Origin: Podarcis bocagei
Lineage: Eukaryota
Reading direction: 5' to 3' (one strand)
Length of the DNA stretch: 64,000 nt
Assembly: GCA_964188305.1 (NCBI GenBank)
Contig: OZ076885.1
The notes under the pieces are model-generated. The model had not been told where the DNA came from and searched no databases. It was given only the letters and a program-made list of their open reading frames with translations. Below, piece after piece: positions 12,447 through 23,162 of the stretch; position 1 is the first letter of the stretch; each line of letters begins with the position of its first letter. Made by a program: the position numbers and the translations under genes.

Positions 12447-12695
12447 GTGTGGTGTGGGAGAAAATCTTGTTTGTTGACCAAACATGGGGACCATGCTAGT
12501 CACCAATGCTCCAGAGGTCAAGAATGCCAAGAGAAAATGTACACCAAATGTTTCCAACCACCTTGTGCTGACTGGGGGGAATGCAGTGAATCAGAACCTC
12601 TTCCTGTCAACATCAAGTGTCCCCCCAATTCGGGTTACTTGGACAACAGCTGTGCAAGAATCACTCTGATTTTTAACAGAGACAAAGTACCCCAG
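12447..12695 (+). CDS. JAG2: Jagged-2 coding exon (~exon 23; cysteine-rich region)
   Basis: ttctag|...|gtgaga; 249 nt; VWCGRKSCLL...CPPNSGYLDNSCARITLIFNRDKVPQ. Confidence 0.95.
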
Positions 12696-14181
12696 GTGAG
12701 AATTCAAAGTCTTATGAACATCTTGACAGAGTTTCTAAGCAATGCACAACGTTGAAACCTAGAAATCTTGCTTGAAAAATGTGCTTCTTTATCACTTCCA
12801 ACTGCCTCGGTTTTTCAGACATCTGCCATGAAGTTCAGCTGAGTGATCCATAAGAAGGTACATTAGACTGAGTTAGACCCATTGGTCCATCCAATGGGCT
12901 AATAACTGACTGGCCCAGGCTTTCTCGGTTTTCAGATAACCTTTCCCAGGGATTGAACCTAAGGACTTTCTGCGTGCAAAGCATTTCCTGTACCGCTGAG
13001 CCCTTTCCCCTTTGAGCTCCACTGAGCAGAGAAGGGGAAGTGCTGCTTCTAAGCACCAGAATTACTCAGCACTAGTTAGTTCTGAAATAAAGGCTTTGCA
13101 TGGGTGCAGATTAGGGTGCAGCTGGCTTCCTCCGAGGAAAATCCATTGAGACTCCTGTGTCTTGGTTTGAGTTAGCTTTGGATTTAAAGAAAGGTGTGAA
13201 TTGTTTGTTTTAAATGCTCTAATGCGTTTCAGTGCACTGCCCCAAAGAACGAACATCAGTGATAGATTGCAGTGTAGAGCTTTCAGAATGATCCAAGGAC
13301 GCAAGCCAGTTTTGTGAAGGCTAGGTACAGGTGTTGTGGACCTCCCTGTCTTTGCTTTTTAAAGTGTCTCTTAAACAAGCCACCAGCTTTCCAGTCTTTC
13401 AAAACTTGCCTTGCTTGTTAGGCCCTTATCTGCACCATGGAGTCTTCTGCAGGATGTTGAGAACGTTGGGTGTCCTCTGACTTGCCAGTGGCATCTTCAG
13501 TGGGCTACCATTCCTCCTGCTCCTAGTGAAAAGGAAATGCAGCAATCCCAAAGAGCGAGCACAACTTTAGGAAAGCTTTGGATGCCAGTTCATAGAAATT
13601 ATTTATTACTGTCCTTTATACTTTCCCATCCATCACCGTCATCAGTCAGTGCAGCAGTTTGGAGTTGAGGTTACTTTATAAGTAACCAAAAGACCATTTC
13701 ACATTGGATTTACCTGTAAAGTAAGCCGGTGTTGTGCTTTACCTTTTCTACCTATGAATTCACAAGACAAACACATTTGTAGTGTCAGATTGTTTCCTCC
13801 CAGCCTTGAGAATAAATTCTGTGGGAGAGGGTGGTCATCCTGGGAGGTGAACCCCCCCCCCATTCCTTTTGTTCAGGTCTTCATTAATACCACCTGTGAT
13901 TTAAGGTAAACTTCAGTTCCCTTCCTATCTTCCCAGAATGCTCCAAGAGAATACACAACAGTCCAGTGAGAATGCTGAACATTGGAGCAGTACTTCTAAT
14001 GTTTTAAGCCCCCTGTTTGTGTGCCTGTCCATCAAATGACACTGGGAGATTTGGAGCGAGCCTTTTTTCTACTTTACTCTTATATCAATTTATCATTTCT
14101 AAATTGTTCTGAAATTAGTGTGTACTTTAATTTTTATACTCCGGTTTTCTAGAAGAGTTGGTCTTGCTTTCTTTCTCACAG

Positions 14182-14313
14182 GGCACTACTGTTGAAAATA
14201 TTTGCTCAGAAATCAGATATTTACCAGCCACTAGGTCCGTTTCTAGTGAGAGAATGCTACTGGTGTTGTGTGATCTATCGTACTCCATAGAAAACGCCGT
14301 GGAAGTTGCTATT
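14182..14313 (+). CDS. JAG2: Jagged-2 coding exon (~exon 24)
   Basis: cacag|...|gtaagt; 132 nt; [44 protein letters not shown]. Confidence 0.95.
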
Positions 14314-15582
14314 GTAAGTATTAAACTTCTTTCTAAGTGTTAAAAATGTGTTGTCTGTGGTTGCCTTGATGAAAGCAGGTGTCAGAAAGACTCAAGACCC
14401 TGAGCTAGTTACCATGAGCTTCATCAGGAAACCAGTTGAAGACTTTACTTACTTACTTACTTATTAAAATATTTCTGTACCACCATATCATAAAATATAT
14501 CAAGGCAGTATACACTAAAACAAAACATCATTACAAGGTTTCATCACTTAAAAAAAAAAATAACAATAGTCAATTCAGATGACAACTATTCAAAAGCTAA
14601 ACAGATGTTGAGATGCATTGTTGAAATGCGGCCAAATCTATCAAAGATACTGGCATGATGACAAGAGCAGAAGGGTTGGATGTGTGAGTGCGTGAGGCAG
14701 AAGGACAATAGGGTTGAGACCTTCCTTGGGTGAGAGACAGAGGAGCAGAAGGCCTTCAGTTCACAGTTAATGCAATTATGGAAGAGGGCAATGGATGTCT
14801 TGGGTAGGTAGAAGCCAGGGAAAGACTGGGTTTAACCTGGTAGCCACTGTACAAAAAAATTAAAGCCTTCCACTAAGCGATCTTTTGCTGCTACCCTGTA
14901 CAGAGCCAGCTTCAAAACTCCATTGTAATATTGCTGGTTACACTAAGACAACTGCTTGAGCAAAACAAAAAAGCATCAGAGAATGAAGAGAGGGTACAAG
15001 AGCTTTTCTCATCATAGCTGTGCCTTGCAAAAATCCCATCTGACCTGCTGAACTGAAGCTTGCTTAAAGCAAAATCTCTTCCAATTTTACACACATATGA
15101 TACGATCTGATTCAGCAGGTACGACCTGATTTTTGCAAGGCAAAACAAGGAAAGCTCTCAGACCTTTGGGGGGGGGGTTAATTGGTTACACAATATGGGT
15201 CAAGCAAAAGTGTGGGTGACTCCTAGCACTCTGCTGCTTTTCTTAACTGCCATCAAATTGTTTTATGAATTGTTTTACTGATTGTAACATTTACGCTACT
15301 GTGTATGCCTCTTTTGGTGGTGGAACAATGGGATACATGTTTTGTGTGTTGTTAGTGGTGGTTATTTGTACCTCGTGCATCTGCCTTAGCTACTCCAGGC
15401 TGCTTCCAACAAATATACAAACATAATAAAATATATATAATGCTGGAGTCAAGCGTGAATTGAGAGAGAGGCTGCTACCTTTTCTTTATTTAGAAGCAAA
15501 ACATTGCAAGTAATGTAACCCATCCTGGCCCATTGTTTTCCGTGTGGCAAAGCAGTTATGATTACAAACACAGCTCTATATC

Positions 15583-15790
15583 AGATAGGTAGCCGTGTTG
15601 GTCTGCCATAGTCAAAATAAAAAAATTCCTTCCTGTAGCACCTTAAAGACCAACTAAGTTAGTTCTTGGTATAAGCTTTCGTGTGCATGCACAGTGGTAT
15701 CTGAAGAAGTGTGCATGCACACGAAAGCTTATACCAAGAACTAACTTAGTTGGTCTTTAAGGTGCTACAGGAAGGAATTTTTTTATTTTG
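15583..15790 (+). mobile_element. Penelope-like palindromic insertion, copy 2
   Basis: 13-bp TSD acagctctatatc (15570-15582, 15791-15803); perfect 83-bp inverted arms at 15611-15693 and 15710-15792. Confidence 0.78.
15695..15736 (+). ncRNA. minimal type I hammerhead ribozyme motif
   Basis: UGGUAU-CUGAAGA-A-GUGUG(CAUG)CACAC-GAAA-GC-UU-AUACCA; 6-bp stem I. Confidence 0.68.
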
Positions 15791-17110
15791 ACAGCTCTAT
15801 ATCCTCGCTGTTCCTCTGAAAGTGGAAAGTGACTTAGGACCAAAGACTGCTGTTGATGGAGGAGATCCTATTTTGTTTGCGTGTGTGTGTATACACGCAC
15901 ACACGCAAGAGAGAAGGACGCTTAAAATCAGGTGTGGAAGTCTCCGGGGTTTTTTATTGCGGCAGTGGTGCCAGTGAAGAAAGTATTTAACCCTTCCTGT
16001 AAAGAATTAGCCATAGGGTGAGGAAACTGTGTGAGCCTCTGTTTCTTCCCCCAACCCCGCTTTTGTGGGATTAATAGTAGCTTGTGGGGAATTTGCACAA
16101 GGGAATATCTTCAATTACTCCCTTCCCCCGGTAAAACTGCTCTGACACACATACACACCACAGCTGTTTTCAACAAACAAAAACCAGATGGGATAGCCAA
16201 GCACGCATCTCTCGTGCCGCATCTGTTTCAGGATTTGATGAGTAGTTGGTAGGCTCATTGGGAAAGCTACATAGTTGGCTCTCTCAATACATGGAGCTGG
16301 TCAGAAAATAACAGATCCTGCTTGTCTCTGTCAGCCCTTAGTGCCTTCATAGGTTGGAGAAGGGAAGAGCAACGATTATAGGATATACACGTGAGCAAGC
16401 TAGAGGTTGCCCTCCTAAACTTGGTTTCTTTCTACTTGCAACATGAATTGCCTAGGAAATAAACAGTTACCTACAATTGTGCAGTTCAGAGTTTGGTTGT
16501 AGACTTCCCTGCTGCACTGCTTCTGTTTAAAAATTGGTTAGTAAAGTCACCATGAAATTGCCTCTGATGCCTCTGGCAGAAAGATAAGGTGAGTTCAGCT
16601 TGGGAGAGGGGAATGAACTTGGATTCCCTAAGGGCGGAAGGCTGTTAGCTGTCACCTTCCTTGTTATTAGGGCAAGGGAAAGAGGTCCTCGCGCCAAAAG
16701 GTGTAGTATTGGCCAGATATTCTTAGCTGCTCTGCTACATCTGCAACTAAAGAATACTCTGTGCTGTGATGCAAACTGGAAAGCGCACAGTTATATATAA
16801 CAGATCATATCATTAGTGTAGATGCCTAGTTGGATACCTTAAAAGCCTCCAAACGATGACTAAGTTTAGCTCAGAGGTGTAAGTAACACGGAAGTTTGTC
16901 ATGTGTAACTTACCCATACTGATCTTAATACAATGCTAGCATAATATTTCTATACTGGCGTCAAACCAGCACTCATCCTTTAGCAGCAAAGTGGGATTCT
17001 CAGGTTCTCAGACTTAAGTCTGGCCCCCTAAATACAAGGTAACATGGCTATTTTTTAAAAAAATACTTCATTGTAAACTTAAGTTTCCTGTCTGTCTTCT
17101 CTGTTCCCAG

Positions 17111-17267
17111 TCTTTCATCTCGCATCAAGAGGAGACCGATAACAGCCTTATTCAGAATGCAGCCAACACTATAGTAAACACCATTACAAAGCGACAAAAC
17201 AGTACAGTTATGCTGGCAGTAACTGAAGTCAAAATAGAGACCATAGTGGTTGGGAATTCTTCATCAG
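17111..17267 (+). CDS. JAG2: Jagged-2 coding exon (~exon 25; juxtamembrane ectodomain)
   Basis: cccag|...|gtgagt; 157 nt; SFISHQEETDNSLIQNAANTIVNTITKRQNSTVMLAVTEVKIETIVVGNSSS. Confidence 0.93.
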
Positions 17268-17863
17268 GTGAGTTGTGTGTGTCTTAAGTGTTGGGTTATT
17301 TGATGGCATAACTCAAGAGTTAAGCTGTGCATCGCATGCCATTCCATGAGGCTTTTGTGAGACGGTTTTTGTTCCGTTTTTACACAATGCAGCTGCTGAG
17401 GTTGCAACTTTGAAATGGAAGGCCAGTGGGGAGGAGCCTCTTGCATGGTCCCCGTCCCACCCCCACCCCCCGCACGCTAAAAATAGTTTCCTGGAGGCTA
17501 TTTTTACCTCCACTAGGAAAAAAATACCTGTGCCTTTTCCCTATTAGGGGTAAAATTAGCTGAGGGGGGAGATTATCAGCAGAAAAATAATGCAGGGTTT
17601 AAGAAGCACCACTCTCCCCCACTCCAGCTGGTTTTCTACCTCAAATTGAGTGGCTGCGTTGTGTAAGGGGTGTGGGAAAGGAAGACCAATGAAGAATCAT
17701 AACGCATACCATTATGCTTCACTTTTATTCATGCAGTGAGCAGTGTTGGATGCAATTTCAGCCCGCTCCCCTTTCTGGAACAAGGGCCGTGTGATTCAGA
17801 AGAGGGCCTGCATAACTCTGCAAGATTATTCTTGCTAGTTGTGCCAAATGTGGCTGACTGGTA

Positions 17864-18105
17864 CAGACGTACCTTGGAAGTCGAACGGAATCCATTCCAG
17901 AAGTCCGTTCGATTTTCAAAACGTTCGGAAACTAAAGCGAGGCTTCTGATTGGCTGCAGGCAGCTCCTGCAGCCTAGCGGAAGCCCCGTCGGACGTTCGG
18001 CTTCCAAAAATAGTTCTCAAACTGGAACAGTCACTTCCGGGTTTGCTGTGTTTGGGAGCCAGCTTAGTTTGAGAACTAAGCTGTTTGAAAACCAAGGTAC
18101 AACTG
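17864..18105. mobile_element. Tc1/mariner-superfamily MITE
   Basis: TA|CAGACGTACCTTGG...CCAAGGTACAACTG|TA; same family as 53578 and 62026. Confidence 0.78.
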
Positions 18106-18788
18106 TAATTGAAATACTAACAAATTTGATACCTACCATATTTGGCCTTTCCTCTCCCCCCCCCCCCTTTTTAAAGAAAAAATAGTGTTGAAGTCTAGGC
18201 TGGCTATTGAGGGGTGGTTGTTTTTACGTCCATGTCACTTCTATTTCCTACTGGCTAACAGATACCATTGCTTGGGCATATTGCGCTTTACGTGGAAGCA
18301 AGTTCCACATGGGACAGTTGTAGGGACAAGGGGTTTGCATTGTTGCTTTCTGTTTTCCACACAATGCTTTTGGAGGACCAAAATGGGCAAAACTTAAAGA
18401 AAAAACCAAAAACCTCAGGGATCGTCCACACTCCTATTCGTCCTGTGCCTTGAAAGCATGGGTCCAGATCCGACCAGTTTCCCCCTTGGCCTGCTTCTTT
18501 CTCAGGGAAAACCTGCTCTGAATCGGAGCAAACAGTCAATCCAGAGAAAACCCAAATTGCCATTTTTTTGCTCCAATTGAGCGCTAAAGAGAGGTTTCCC
18601 CCTGGGAGAAAGCAGCAGGACAGGAGGAAGTGTGGAATGAGACTTCAGTCGAACAACAGCTAGATTGTTAATGTCCCCTTGGAGCAGGTATTTATCACGC
18701 CTCTTGGAGACTTTATTTGCACATGCCTTCAATTCTGTCTCGCTTAGCAGTTGCTCACTAAGCTGTATGTTTGGCTTATGTTTTCTAG

Positions 18789-19261
18789 ATTACCTGGTTC
18801 CAATCCTTTGTGTAGTTTTTAGCATTGTGTGGTTAACCTGTATAATTATCTGTGTGTGGTGGACGCGAAAGAGAAGAAAAGAGAGAGAGAGAAATCGACC
18901 ATCCATAGAAGAGGCTGCAAATAACCAATGGGCGCCTCTAAATCCCATATGGAATCCTATTGAGAGACCTTGCAACCGCAAAGGCATTCATTATGAACCC
19001 AAAAATTTTATAGCTCCTCAAAAAAGAACTTACGACGGAGTAGAGGAGTACACAGAGTATGAGGAGGAGGAGGAGGAAGAAGAGAGAGAGGTCATGGAAA
19101 TGGACAAATTCCTCTCTCACAAACACTCTAAGCCTTTGTCAGCAAAGGCAATGGACTCCTTAGAGAATAGTCCTATTAAGAAATCTCTTCAGACAACCAA
19201 AATGGACAACAGATCTGTAAAAAATGTGAACACAGCAAACCTTGAAGGCGGAAGAGACTAA
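18789..19261 (+). CDS. JAG2: Jagged-2 terminal coding exon (~exon 26; TM helix and cytoplasmic tail)
   Basis: ttctag| acceptor; DYLVPILCVVFSIVWLTCIIICVWWTRKRRKERER...ANNQWAPLNPI...KMDNRSVKNVNTANLEGGRD*; lacks the JAG1 C-terminal RMEYIV PDZ ligand. Confidence 0.95.
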
Positions 19262-20220
19262 ATCTTTGTTCGGACCATATCCGCGCTGTCAACGTTGAAC
19301 AGAGTTGGAGAAATTGGCGTCTCCGCTTTGCACCAAGGACTTAATTGTCTGGAGTCCAATGTTCATAGTTACTTTATTTTGAATAAAAAAAAGTTAAAAT
19401 GATAAAAACTTTATTTTGTTTCTTTTAGCCTTGTATAAATTATTCAATGACTGTCAGATGATAGAGTAATCTTTGATAGTTGCTATTTTTGTAAACTTTA
19501 CGTGGAGAACACTTGCTGTGTTGGCAGAGGAGGGAAGTTTGTATTTTCGATTTCATAAAAGTTTATCACCCAAGACTCTACACTGTTTACAGAACGTGTT
19601 TCTTTTTACCTGTTGTAACAGTAGCTTAAAAACCTCCTGGTTGAGGAAGTTACTGGACTTAAGGGGTAAAAAAAACCTCACATGAACTGTTCTTTTGAAT
19701 CCATACTTAGAAACCACTCCCTGCGCTTAAGTTCTGCAAGTTTCCCCCCACCCCCCAAAAAATGCCTTATTTTTTTGGAACAAAAAAATCCTATAGAGAT
19801 CTTTCAAACTGTGGTTGGAAAAAGTGGCCTTTTTAATTTGACTATGTAAATTTGTTTTAATTACCTTAGGATTGCAGTATTGAAGCACGCATCAAGTGCC
19901 TTGAAATTTCAACTTCCTTTTTCTATAGCAACTGTCAAAGACTGCCATGCCCATCTAGGTTTACTACAAGAGGATACTATATTTGGTATCCTCAAGACTG
20001 ACAACAGTTTATTTTCAGATTACGAGAGTGTGTTTTTGTAAATATGTACATATTTAAATGAATCATTTCTGTATATTTGAGTTAATAACTTAAAATATTT
20101 TTGGTCTTTTTTTTAAACGTCATTCCTTTTTAATTTATGTCACAGAAAGGGAAGTTTTATGGCAGTTTCTAAAAAAAATGAAAAAATACAAATAAAACTT
20201 ATTTTGGTATTATGTCCATA
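19262..20220 (+). other. JAG2: JAG2 3' UTR (3' end approximate)
   Basis: AT-rich, repeat-free sequence after the TAA stop; AATAAA at 20191-20196 (another at 19382-19387). Confidence 0.65.
20191..20196 (+). promoter_or_regulatory. candidate polyadenylation signal AATAAA of JAG2
   Basis: canonical hexamer about 930 nt after the stop, with T/GT-rich sequence downstream. Confidence 0.55.
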
Positions 20221-21058
20221 TTAGGAAGTGATGTTAATGCAATCAATGTTGGGAATCTGTTGATCACTTTTTTGTGTGTACTTTTCCAATGTATCACCAT
20301 CATTTCACATGTAAATAGATCCAGACTATTTCCTCCCATCTCAAGAACGCAGAGTAAGTATACTGTACAGTATAAAAACAGGGCAATATTTTTCTTTCTT
20401 TTGTGAATGTCTTACATGTGGTATTGCTTTTTTGCATTTTATTTTTTTTTTAAATACAGGCCTAATGAAGGGAACAATATTTTTTTTTCTCATTTCTTGT
20501 TTCTGTTTTGCTTATTCACCTCTGTGGAACAAGGCTGGCAAACTCAGATTGGAGCCAGGCATTTTGGCAGATCCCAACGCTGACACCAAAACAGCAGTCC
20601 TGGCACCTCTTTTGTCTCCCTCTTTACTTTGATAGCAACTAGCGATGCGGAATGTTTTGACATGGCAATGCCCCCACCGCGTTGAGTTTCCCTGCCTCTG
20701 CTCCACTTCATTGGCTGCTACTAGTGGGGGTTGGGAAACCTGTAGCACATCGTGCCACACCTTTTGTGTATTAATTAGATGTCCGCAGGACTCCTCTTCT
20801 TGACCCCGTGATGCCCAGGCTTCCACATACCTGGACTCTTGGCTTGGTTATTATTAACGGCTTTGTTCCAGAATTCACTGCAGCGCCCGAGCTTAGATCA
20901 GGTTGCATGATTCAGAAGTCACTGCAGAGCAGGGGCAGAGGAAGGGGGATGCAGTAGGTGTGGGCCGCCCCGGGTATCACCACTGAGGGAGGGGTGACAA
21001 AATGCCAGGTGGCACTCAGCACGGGGCCTGCAGCGCGCCCAAGCCACGCGTCTCTCTT

Positions 21059-21503
21059 TTTTTAAAATATAATTTTTATTAAGTTTTCCATATTTTATTA
21101 CATTTCAGTATCAAAAAATAACTTACGACGTTGCTTAAATAAAGCACCGACCTCCTTCCTTCCCTCTAACAGACTTCCATATCTCATTACCAATTTCTCC
21201 ACATTCCTAAATTCACTTTTTTAACTTAAATCAGTGTTTTTAACAATCACCTACTTATAAGTAAATCAGCGCCTTAATTTCCCAGTACCAAACATTTCAA
21301 CTTAAACCTACAAACGTATTCAAAACTGTTTGCAATTTTCTTTCATATAGCGTATAAATTTGCCCCAGTCCTTTTGGAACAAATCATCACAGCAATTCCG
21401 AATCTTCCCTGTCAGCTTCGCCAGCTCCACGTATTCGACCATTTTTACTTGCCAATCTTCCAGTGTGGGGAGTTCTTGTTGCTTCCATTTCTGGGCCAGG
21501 AGA
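21059..21503 (-). mobile_element. 5'-truncated L1-like LINE
   Basis: ORF2 C-terminus LLAQKWKQQELPTLEDWQVKMVEYVELAKLTGKIR..., 3' UTR and A-tail; TSD cacgcgtctctctt/cacatgtctctctt. Confidence 0.8.
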
Positions 21504-23115
21504 CACATGTCTCTCTTGGGAGAGACACAGTGGCTTGGGCGCCCGCAGGCTCCGCGTTCCCCAAACGGTCCTCCCGCTGCCTCCCCCCAGCTGTAGGGCG
21601 GCTGAGTGGGGGGAGGCAGGCAGACCCTGGCGGCTCCGTGGTGCGCCCTGCCCCAGGCGCCTGAGCTTCTTCCCCTGCCGTTGCTGCAGAGCTCTAAGCT
21701 GCGTGGCTAGGTGTAAGCTAATAGGCCCAACACTTGAACCACACCCTAGCCTCTGCTTTTGGAGACTGGGCCAGTCATCCATGCGGTTGTTTTCACAAGC
21801 CTTGGGTCTGGGCAAGCAAGTGGGGACTCTCGCAAGAAGGCTGAGTCTGCTGCCGCAGATGTTGCTGTGACCTCGGTGACACAGCTGGCATGGCCAGCTC
21901 GCTGTCCCTTCTCGTCTCAGCCCTCTCCCTGGAGGCAAGCAGTGCTTCCCTGGCAAGAGACAGCAGCGGGAGGCAAGTCAGACTGCTCCCTGTGACAGCC
22001 AGGGTTATCTGCTGTCACCAAGGCAAGGCCTCCTCTCCTAGCCTGCTCTTCTCCCCAATTCCTAGACCAGCGCCTCCCTGGGAACCCCCGTTCTGCCCTC
22101 TCATCCCATTCCTCCTCCTCCTCCTCCTGGCCAATCCTGCCAAGATGTCTCCAACGGGGGTCACGGCACAACATCTGTCAAAATGCCTGTTTCCATCTCA
22201 GAAGGTGGAATGCCTTGCAAGAAATGGTTATTCATAACGGAAGGCTTGTGCATTATTTGTGGGGTGGTTGTTAATGATGTTTTTTTAAAAAAAGAAAAAA
22301 AGCTTTATTATTAAAGAAATGAGCTATATCTTTATTTTAATTACTGGGAAAACTTAACCCTACGTTACTTAGCTATCCTATCATTGCAAAGAAAATTGAT
22401 GTTTCTCTCTCAACGTTTTGGCCACTCAATGTAACCCTGAATGTTTTTTTGAATCCACTTTTATTTTATACAGTACATGAATGCGGGAATTTGCAGGAAC
22501 TTCTGTGCAGTACATTTTGTTTGACATGTTCTTCGATAGCTTTCGGAAGAAAACTATTTATTAAAGCATTTTATAACAAATGTTGCCAGTTGACACTTTT
22601 GTTCCCCCTTACTTGGCTCTTTAAATGTTCAAAATGGTTTTGGGACTATCATCCCAATATCTCCCTTCTCATTGGTTATTACTCTACCCCCCCCCCCAAA
22701 AAAAAATAAATCTAATGCAACTTTGAATGGGAACCTTTTTAAAAAAAAACAAAAACATCAATTGTTGCCCTTGTATAGCAGTGCCACTGCCTTCCAAAAC
22801 CTAGTAAAATGGTTTCACTGGTGTAACATTTCGAACTGCTTCTCCAGTGCTTTCTGCTTTCCTAGTCCCTTGGACCCTGTGGTTGTTCAGATTTGGAAAG
22901 CAAGATGTCGAGCTGGCCGTGCTAATAGCAACTCAATTCAAATGCTCAGTCCCAAAAAGACTTGAATGCACAGGTGTTTGTAACTGTAAATCACTTGAGG
23001 GGGGAAACTGTTCTTTACTTAATCCACCCAAAGTGTGTCAACAGTGGATTCTGAAGGAGGGGAATTCAATCTGCACCTCCTAATCTGATCATGCAGAACT
23101 TTGGGCTGGCACTGC

Positions 23116-23117
<2 letters not shown>

Positions 23118-23161
<44 letters not shown>

Positions 23162-23162
23162 G
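23118..23162. repeat. (TTA)n microsatellite
   Basis: direct reading. Confidence 0.95.

Noticed and set aside
14360-14432. Possible additional hammerhead (CTGATGA on the minus strand)
   Set aside because: No appropriately placed stem II plus GAAA box, and no closing stem I.
18665-18788. N-terminal part of the 198-aa ORF
   Set aside because: Intronic read-through upstream of the true acceptor at 18788/18789.
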